A DNA stretch of 64,000 bases from Candidatus Doudnabacteria bacterium (lineage in GTDB: Bacteria > Patescibacteriota > Doudnabacteria > UBA920). The notes under the pieces are model-generated. The model worked only from the letters and a program-made list of their open reading frames with translations, did not search any database and had not been told where the DNA came from. The stretch spans positions 382,305 to 446,304 of the forward strand of contig CAVYGQ010000001.1 of assembly GCA_963768175.1 (NCBI GenBank). The letters run 5' to 3'. Positions 57,007 to 64,000 of the stretch are shown one piece after another. Each line of letters begins with the position of its first letter. Within the stretch, counting starts at the first letter, position 1. The position numbers and the translations under genes were made by a program.

Positions 57007-59070
57007 ATGCTTTTAGAATCTAAAATTGACGAATTCCCAAAAATCCACAAGCCGCATTTAGCGGCTTTAAAAAAACTCGGAATTTTTACGGCTAAAGACC
57101 TGCTTTTGTATTTTCCCTACCGCTATTTGGATTTTTCGCAAATTAGGCAGATTAAAAATTTAAAGCCGGGCGAAAACGTCAGCTTGAAAGTAAAAATCAA
57201 GCAAATTAAAAGCCGGTTTTCTTTCCGCGGCCGGATGTCTTTGGCCGAAGCCGTAGTCAGCGACGACACGGACTCTTTAAAAGTGGTTTGGTTTAATCAA
57301 CCGTATTTGGCCAAAAGCCTAAGGAAGGGGGAAGAAATCTTTTTGGCCGGCCAGGCCGACTACTACAACTTTGGCCTGCAAATGGCCAACCCCATTTACG
57401 AAAAAGTTTCGGATTTCCCGATTCATACTTCCCGCCTAGTACCGCTGTATCATTTAAAACAAGGGCTTTACCTTAAGACTTTCCGGAATCTAATAGCCGC
57501 CGTATTGCCGCTGGCCGATGAAGTTATTGATGATTTGCCCGCGCAAATTACCAAAAACCAGGCGCTAATTAACATCTCCCAAACCATAAAGCAATCGCAT
57601 TTCCCCGAAAACGCGGAAACGCTGGCCGGGGCAAAAAGACGCCTGGCGTTTGAAGAAATTTTTTACAACCAATTATTGGCGCAAAAACACAAACTTACGC
57701 TTTTGCAAAAACAAAGTTACCCCATTAAGTTTGACCAAAATTTAATAAAACAATTTGTGGACAGCCTGCCGTTTAAGCTTACCTTGGACCAAAAAAAAGC
57801 CGCCTGGGAAATTTTACAGGATTTGGAAAAGCCCCTGCCCATGAACCGCCTGCTTGAGGGCGACGTCGGCAGCGGCAAAACCGCGGTGGCGCTTATTGCC
57901 GCCCTGCAGGCGGTATCGCAGGGCTATCAGGTTGCATTTTTGGCGCCCACGGAAATTCTAGCCGGCCAGCATTACCAAACCGCGCAAAAATATCTTGTTG
58001 ATTTTTTGCGCGGCCGCGCAAAAAATCAACAATCAATTATTTTATTAACCAACCACTATGCCAAAATTGACGGAGAAAATCAACAAAAAAACAAACTGGC
58101 GTTGCTTATAAAACAAGGTATGCCGGGGATGTACATAGGCACGCACGCCCTGCTACAAAAAGGAATTAAGTTTAAAAATTTGGCTTTGGTAATTATAGAT
58201 GAACAACATCGGTTTGGGGTTGAGCAACGGGCGGAGTTGATGAAGAGCGATAAAAAAGTTCCGCATTTATTGTCATTAAGCGCAACACCCATCCCCCGCA
58301 CCCTCCAGCTGGCAATATACGGCGAACTGGATATTTCGCAAATAAAAGCCAAACCCGTTGGCCGCAAGCCGATTGTTACTAAATTGGTGACTGATGAGAA
58401 CAGAAACAAGGCCTATCAATTTATAAACGCGCAGATAAAATCCGGCCGACAAGTATTTGTAATTACCCCGCTAATTGAAGAGTCTGATAAATTAGGGGTA
58501 AAATCCGCAAAAACCGAGGTGGAAAATTTAAAAAAGATTTTTCCGCAATTTAATATCGGCCTTATGCACGGCAGGCTCAAGGGTGCGGAAAAGGAAAGCG
58601 TGATGAAAGATTTCCTGGAAAATAAACTGCAAATTTTGGTTTCCACATCCGTAGTGGAAGTCGGCGTGGACGTGCCAAATGCTTCGGTAATGTTAATTGA
58701 AGGCGCCCAAGCGTTTGGCCTGTCCCAACTGCACCAATTCCGCGGCCGCGTCGGCCGGGCCGAGCACCAAAGCTATTGCTTTTTGTTCACCGCCAACCAA
58801 AATCCGGAAACTAGCGATCGGCTTACGGCATTTACCAAAACCCAAGACGGCTTTGAGCTGGCCGAACTGGACTTAAAACAGCGCGGGTTCGGCGAGGTAT
58901 ACGGCTCCGAACAATCCGGCTGGAATTTTAAATACTTTGACCCCTCCTATACGTCTTTAATAGCTCCCGCCCGCCAAGAGGCTATAAACCTGCTAAAAGA
59001 TGATTTAGATTTAAATAATTTCCCGCTTTTAAAAGCAAAAATTCACGACAAAACCGTACATTTTGAGTAA
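57007..59070 (+). CDS. recG: ATP-dependent DNA helicase RecG
   Basis: MNRLLEGDVGSGKT, DEQHRFGV, SATPIPR, QLHQFRGRVGR. Confidence 0.97.
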   Translation: MLLESKIDEFPKIHKPHLAALKKLGIFTAKDLLLYFPYRYLDFSQIRQIKNLKPGENVSLKVKIKQIKSRFSFRGRMSLAEAVVSDDTDSLKVVWFNQPYLAKSLRKGEEIFLAGQADYYNFGLQMANPIYEKVSDFPIHTSRLVPLYHLKQGLYLKTFRNLIAAVLPLADEVIDDLPAQITKNQALINISQTIKQSHFPENAETLAGAKRRLAFEEIFYNQLLAQKHKLTLLQKQSYPIKFDQNLIKQFVDSLPFKLTLDQKKAAWEILQDLEKPLPMNRLLEGDVGSGKTAVALIAALQAVSQGYQVAFLAPTEILAGQHYQTAQKYLVDFLRGRAKNQQSIILLTNHYAKIDGENQQKNKLALLIKQGMPGMYIGTHALLQKGIKFKNLALVIIDEQHRFGVEQRAELMKSDKKVPHLLSLSATPIPRTLQLAIYGELDISQIKAKPVGRKPIVTKLVTDENRNKAYQFINAQIKSGRQVFVITPLIEESDKLGVKSAKTEVENLKKIFPQFNIGLMHGRLKGAEKESVMKDFLENKLQILVSTSVVEVGVDVPNASVMLIEGAQAFGLSQLHQFRGRVGRAEHQSYCFLFTANQNPETSDRLTAFTKTQDGFELAELDLKQRGFGEVYGSEQSGWNFKYFDPSYTSLIAPARQEAINLLKDDLDLNNFPLLKAKIHDKTVHFE

Positions 59071-59259
59071 AGTTTAGCCCTCTTCCTCGCTCCTTTTCAA
59101 GAAGGGCGGGATTTTTGCTTGACAAATTTCATTTTTTACTACATAATTTTAATAATCTCAAGGGGGGCTCTAACCTGGGTACCGGGCTTGCCGAATGCTA
59201 TTTTGGTAAGTCTAAACTGGATAGTATTCCAGACTAATTAAATCCTAGGAGAGACCACA

Positions 59260-59481
59260 ATGACGAACGCACGGCGTTTTGCGGAAGGCCGCAAAACGCA
59301 AATAGTCGAACCGGAAGCGGTATCGGCGATCAACGTGAGGGTCGGGACAAGGGACACGAGTCCTATAATCAGTACGCCGCTCTCACGCGAACAAGTCGAA
59401 CTGGAAGCGGCGATGTACAGGGAATTCCATCGACACGATGGGATTCCGCCTCAAGACCGCCCGCGGCTGTTGCGCGTCTGA
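59260..59481 (+). CDS. Small hypothetical protein flanked by structured RNA
   Basis: Promoter TTGACA-17-CATAAT (59119-59147), SD AGGAG, 73 aa. Confidence 0.55.
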   Translation: MTNARRFAEGRKTQIVEPEAVSAINVRVGTRDTSPIISTPLSREQVELEAAMYREFHRHDGIPPQDRPRLLRV

Positions 59482-59821
59482 CCTGAAGATCTGCTAAATC
59501 AGAGGGCCCGATCTCCCATCGGGACGGGGAGCCTCCCAGCTCTTCGCTTCTCCTTTGATTTAGGGGATTTCCAGGGTTCGTCCTCAGCACGATGTTCATT
59601 GGGAGATGACATTTTCTGAGGAAGAAGAAGCCGGTGACGTAGAGTGTTGTTTTCTCGGAACGCGGAGAAGCGCGATCCTGGACACAGCAAACTCGTCACC
59701 GGCCTGATTTTTTTATCCAGCACTAATTTCCGTAAGCAAGTTTTAATAACTAAATTGTCTTCGTGATCTTCAACGTAAAACCAGTGATACCAAAGTTTGC
59801 TTCTAAAAATTAGTGCTGGAT

Positions 59822-61150
59822 TTATAAGTTTCCAATTGCTTCCTGCAAAGTTTTTACTTGAACAATATCTATTTTGCTTTTTTTTGCATCTGTTCTGCTT
59901 TTCGGGCAGATTATTTTTTTAAACCCGAGCTTTTCCGCTTCCGTTATCCGCTTTTCCAGGTTCGGCACAAAACGGACTTCGCCGGAAAGGCCCAGCTCGC
60001 CTATTACAACCGTATTTTCTACAACTATATCTTTTAAGCTGGAAACCACGGCCAAAGCCACGGCCAAATCGGCCGCGGGCTCGTCTATTTTCAGGCCGCC
60101 GACCACGTTAATATAAATATCCTGGTTGGATAAATTCAAATTGGCGCGCTTGCCTAAAATCGCGGTAAGCAGCTGCAAACGGTTTGCGTCAAAACCGGCC
60201 GTGGTCCGTTTGGGATAGCCAAAATTGGTGAGCGATGTTAATGCCTGGATTTCCAAAAGCAACGCGCGGTTGCCTTCCACAATGGAGGTAACCACATTGC
60301 CCGAAGCTTTAATGCTTTCTTCGCCCAAAAACAATTGCGAAGGATTCTTAACTTCAATCAGTCCGGCTCCGGCCATTTCAAACACGCCGACTTCGTTGGT
60401 CGTGCCAAAGCGGTTTTTGACGCAGCGCAATATCCTAAAGCTGGCAAAGCGCTCCCCTTCCAAATACAAAACCGTGTCCACCATATGCTCCAAAGTTTTT
60501 GGCCCGGCTAAATAGCCTTCCTTGGTTACGTGGCCAATTACGATGAATGAGATATGGTTTTGCTTGGCCAGGCGCATTATCTGCTGGACCGCGTTGGTTA
60601 CCTGCGAAACGCCGCCGGCCACGCCGGAGACCTGGTCGCTGTACATGGTCTGGATGGAATCTATAACCACCAGTTCCGGATCCATTGCCGCCACGCTGGC
60701 CAAAATAATTTCCAGCGAAGTTTCCGCCAGCACATTAAGCTGGTGATTCTTATTTATGCGGTGCGCGCGAAGTTTAAGCTGGTTGACCGATTCTTCGCCG
60801 GAAACATACAAAACTTCGGCGCTTAACCCCATAGCCAGCTGCAATGCCAGCGTGGATTTGCCGATGCCCGGATCCCCTCCTAAAAGCACCAAACTGCCGG
60901 GCACAATCCCACCGCCGGTAACCTGGTTAAACTCACTTATACCGGTTTTTATCCTGGGGCGCTGCTCTACGTCCACCAAAGCTAAATCCACCGCCTGTGC
61001 CGGTTTTGGCATTGCTCCGCCTCTGGCAGATGAAACTTGCCTTTGTTCTTCCAAAGTATTCCACTGCCCGCAATTTTGGCATTTCCCCTGCCAACGGGGC
61101 GTTTTGTATTGGCAGTTGCTGCAGACAAAAATTATTTGGGATTTAGGCAT
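59822..61150 (-). CDS. radA: DNA repair protein RadA/Sms
   Basis: C4 zinc finger, GGDPGIGKSTL, KNRFG, Lon-like C-terminus. Confidence 0.97.
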   Translation of the reverse strand: MPKSQIIFVCSNCQYKTPRWQGKCQNCGQWNTLEEQRQVSSARGGAMPKPAQAVDLALVDVEQRPRIKTGISEFNQVTGGGIVPGSLVLLGGDPGIGKSTLALQLAMGLSAEVLYVSGEESVNQLKLRAHRINKNHQLNVLAETSLEIILASVAAMDPELVVIDSIQTMYSDQVSGVAGGVSQVTNAVQQIMRLAKQNHISFIVIGHVTKEGYLAGPKTLEHMVDTVLYLEGERFASFRILRCVKNRFGTTNEVGVFEMAGAGLIEVKNPSQLFLGEESIKASGNVVTSIVEGNRALLLEIQALTSLTNFGYPKRTTAGFDANRLQLLTAILGKRANLNLSNQDIYINVVGGLKIDEPAADLAVALAVVSSLKDIVVENTVVIGELGLSGEVRFVPNLEKRITEAEKLGFKKIICPKSRTDAKKSKIDIVQVKTLQEAIGNL

Positions 61151-61280
61151 AAAACAAAAAAAATCCTAAATTCTAAAAACTAAATACTAAACAAATTCTA
61201 AACACCAAATCACAAAATTTTAAAATTTGGATTTTAATATTTATTTTTTGTTTAGATTTTAGATATTAGAATTTAGAATT

Positions 61281-62441
61281 TTACTGCTGGGTCAAATCCA
61301 GGTAGTACAATCCCCCGTCTTGCGCGTTCCTAAAAAACAGCTTGTCCGAAGTGGCGTTTAAAAACAAATCCCTGCCATCAATGGCACTGCCTGCGGAGGC
61401 ATATTGCTTTTTGTCCAAAGTGGAAATATCCATCCGGTAAAAACTGTCCACAGTCAGGCTGTTTTCACCTATTATGCCCGATGTCGGGACCGCCGCGTAA
61501 ATTACGTTGCTGTCTTTATCCCAAGCCGTTTTATCCACGGTCGTAAACAGACCTAGATTTTTTATCTCTCCGGAAGTCAAATTATACACCCAAAGCTGAT
61601 AATTCTGGGTAACGGGATCCTTTTTGCCAAATAAAAACTTTTGGCCATCCGGGCTCCACAGCACGCCAAAGTTTTGGCCGTTCTTTACCAAACCTTTCCA
61701 CAGTTTGCCATCCGCGGTCACGGAATTAATAAAATTGTTGGCCGAGGCGTTTTGGGTTTCAAAATACAATACCTGAGTACCGTCCGGCGAGACGTAAAGC
61801 TGGTCGTCGGTCTCCCACATAGCGCCCAAGGTTTGATGATTGCTGGTATCCGGATTTCCCAAGCTTAAAGAAGCTTTGTTATCTTGCAGCCAAACATAAA
61901 TGATTTTATCGCCCGTCGGCATCCAGTCCACAGACTCTACCTGCGCCGGCAAATCGGTATAAAGCCCGGTGTTACTGTTAAAATAACTCCAGGTATTTTT
62001 ACCGCTTAAGTCGGTAAGCTGGGCAATAAAATCGTTGCCTTTAGCCGGCCACAAAATTTTAGTGATACCCGGCTTGAGCGGAATGTCCAGCTGTTTTTTG
62101 GAGGTCAAGCTGAGCTGGCCGTTGTTGTTTTGCAAAGTAACCTGGTAAAGGTTGCCCTGATGGTCAAAATAGCTTATGCCCGTTCCATTAAAAAACAAGG
62201 CCGGCGAAACGACCTGATCCGAGGTCAGCTGGACAATATTGGAAGAATTATTTTGTAAAGGCGGGGTGCTGGAAGCGGTATTTTGGGTTACACTCGGGGT
62301 TGTAGAAGCTGTATTGTTAACAACTGTTGTTGACGGAGCCGGTGTTTTACTGCCTGCGTATTTAGAATAAATCAAAAACCCCAAAGTGCCGACAATAAGA
62401 ATGAATATCGCACCTAAAATGGCAATGGCTTTTTTGTTCAT
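61281..62441 (-). CDS. Membrane-anchored beta-propeller (TolB/WD40-like) protein
   Basis: N-terminal TM, T/S linker, repeated WSPDG/SPDG. Confidence 0.75.
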   Translation of the reverse strand: MNKKAIAILGAIFILIVGTLGFLIYSKYAGSKTPAPSTTVVNNTASTTPSVTQNTASSTPPLQNNSSNIVQLTSDQVVSPALFFNGTGISYFDHQGNLYQVTLQNNNGQLSLTSKKQLDIPLKPGITKILWPAKGNDFIAQLTDLSGKNTWSYFNSNTGLYTDLPAQVESVDWMPTGDKIIYVWLQDNKASLSLGNPDTSNHQTLGAMWETDDQLYVSPDGTQVLYFETQNASANNFINSVTADGKLWKGLVKNGQNFGVLWSPDGQKFLFGKKDPVTQNYQLWVYNLTSGEIKNLGLFTTVDKTAWDKDSNVIYAAVPTSGIIGENSLTVDSFYRMDISTLDKKQYASAGSAIDGRDLFLNATSDKLFFRNAQDGGLYYLDLTQQ

Positions 62442-62522
62442 GGTTTTGTTTCTAACTTTAGCTTTGTTAACAAAATCATTATATCATAATTTAGTCAATA
62501 TACAAAATCCGGCTTATTCTTT

Positions 62523-62622
62523 GGCGTCATTCTGAGGCTGAAGTAGCTAACGAAAGCCGAAGAATCTCATCTTTTAAAATTTTAAGTTCCTTCGGTCGGA
62601 TTCCCTCCCTCAGGATGACGCC
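62523..62622. repeat. Empty GIY-YIG-associated palindrome
   Basis: ggcgtcattctgag...gaagaatct...ctcaggatgacgcc. Confidence 0.8.
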
Positions 62623-62630
62623 AAAATTGC

Positions 62631-63992
62631 CTACGACGACGGGCCTTTTGGGGTAACCGGGCCGCCGGAGTTTTGAGGGTTACTTGGGGTAGAAGCGGAC
62701 GGGGTATTAGGTGTAGTATTACTGCCGGAACCGGTTATGTTGGAAACATCAAAATATTTACAGTCGTCGCCAATGAACGCGCCGATTACCGTAAGACGAT
62801 AACTATTACCCACCGATGTTTTTATTGGCGTCGGCCAATTACAGCCCGCGACCATTATTAAAGCTAAAATCAGCACAATCAAAACCGGCGGGATAATATT
62901 GGCCGCAATAGTAGCAATCTTTTGCCATCCCTTTAGCGGAAATAGTTTGGGGTCTTTTCTGTGGCCAAAAATCCAGTAGGCATCCATAACTATTGCTCCC
63001 AGCATAAAATCCAGGCCGGTAAAAAATGTCGCGCAAGCGGAAGCAAAACCGTAATACCAAACTTTGCTGGTTGCTTGGCCACCAACCTTGCCCAATATCT
63101 CCTTTCCGGCTTTACTGCGCGCCAGCGCTCCCAAAGCCGCACCGGCTAAGGCACCCTCCGGGCCCAATTCTGCCCCTGCTTCAGCTCCTTCGGCGGCTCC
63201 GGCGGCGGCTTCTTCGGGCAAAGCATTGGCGGCCGCTTGTTCGGCCGCCGGCGCAAGACCCCCTGGCGCACCGCCTTTAACTCCTTCGGGCGGAAGGCCT
63301 CCTGGTATTCCCTCACCTGCTTCTGGAGCTTGCGGGCCTTGCAAAGGCTCACCCATACCCGGTTGTTTTAGCCCGTTTGCGGAATCAAAAGGCCTACCCG
63401 GCTGGCCTTCAGGTTGGCCTTCCGGCTGTGTAGATTCCGCCTGCGGGCTTGGCGGCAAAGGATTCGGCGGCCCCAACTCTCCTTCAGGCTCGCCCGGTTC
63501 GGGCTGTTTAGAAGGCTGGCCGGATGGCTGTTGCTCCTCGGCCGGTTTGCCTTGTTGTTCAGATGGCGGTTCTTCTGCCTTAGGTCCTAATTTATTTCCC
63601 AAATTAGCGTCATTGCGTTTCATCTTTTCCATGCCGACTGGCATGCCCGCCGGCGGCTTTGGCTCTGGTTCCTTACCCGGAGCCCCTTCCTCTTCTGGAG
63701 CTTTTTGTTCGCCTGGCGCCGCTTCTTCCCCTGGCGGTTGCTCTGCTGGGGGCTTTTCGGCTTCTTCTGTAGGAATATTACCTGTCGGAGAAGCCACAGG
63801 CTTTTGTTCCGCGACAGCCGGTGAAATACCACCAATATTTGGTTGCGGCTGGACTGGGGCTGGTTGTGTTGGGGCAGATTCAGGCTGCCCTTGATTTAAC
63901 TTTGGCTCTGGAGCCCCGGCTTGACTCACACTAGATGCCGGTTGTGCTGTGGAGCCGGTTGAAGATGTGGCAGGAGATGCGGCCGGAGCCAT
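62631..63992 (-). CDS. Pro/Glu/Gln-rich protein with C-terminal TM helices (probably extends beyond the window)
   Basis: Low-complexity N-terminal region, 2-3 TM helices near the C-terminus. Confidence 0.7.
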   Translation of the reverse strand: MAPAASPATSSTGSTAQPASSVSQAGAPEPKLNQGQPESAPTQPAPVQPQPNIGGISPAVAEQKPVASPTGNIPTEEAEKPPAEQPPGEEAAPGEQKAPEEEGAPGKEPEPKPPAGMPVGMEKMKRNDANLGNKLGPKAEEPPSEQQGKPAEEQQPSGQPSKQPEPGEPEGELGPPNPLPPSPQAESTQPEGQPEGQPGRPFDSANGLKQPGMGEPLQGPQAPEAGEGIPGGLPPEGVKGGAPGGLAPAAEQAAANALPEEAAAGAAEGAEAGAELGPEGALAGAALGALARSKAGKEILGKVGGQATSKVWYYGFASACATFFTGLDFMLGAIVMDAYWIFGHRKDPKLFPLKGWQKIATIAANIIPPVLIVLILALIMVAGCNWPTPIKTSVGNSYRLTVIGAFIGDDCKYFDVSNITGSGSNTTPNTPSASTPSNPQNSGGPVTPKGPSS

Positions 63993-64000
63993 AGCAGGTG

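Noticed and set aside
63064-63894. 276-aa plus-strand ORF, and similar long antisense ORFs in clpC and the anti-sigma gene
   Set aside because: Antisense shadows of real genes; no independent features

Overview
Bacterial chromosome segment using genetic code 11. It has the hallmarks of a Patescibacteria/CPR genome (Parcubacteria/Doudnabacteria-like; lineage inferred from gene set and style, not proven). The core genes are pyrG, rplI, ftsEX, prfB, a thymidine-nucleotide cluster (folA, thyA, tmk, dut, dCMP deaminase, two P-loop kinases), rplA/rplK/nusG/secE, folD, mreBCD-mrdA (mrdA frameshifted), proS, rseP, frr, holB, miaA, gatCAB, secA, lemA-htpX, recX, clpC, comF, an ECF sigma/anti-sigma pair, recG and radA. 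There are also three tRNAs and one frameshifted IS1595-family element. Four signals stand out. (1) Two tandem, apparently complete ribosome-mediated attenuators, with an Ile5 leader peptide and a Leu-rich leader peptide, lie upstream of orphan genes instead of biosynthetic genes. (2) Several families of palindromic REP/MITE-like elements are present. In three families one copy carries a small gene (GIY-YIG, DUF559 or four-helix-bundle/Avd-like) in the loop of the palindrome, while empty, nested and in-frame intragenic copies are scattered through operons and inside core proteins. (3) A paralogous gene array lies at the 3' end of recX, and its cassettes are followed by copies of the recX tail, one differing only at synonymous sites. 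(4) Several GC-rich solo transcription units carry highly structured RNA. All calls come from reading the sequence; no database searches or folding computations were run.
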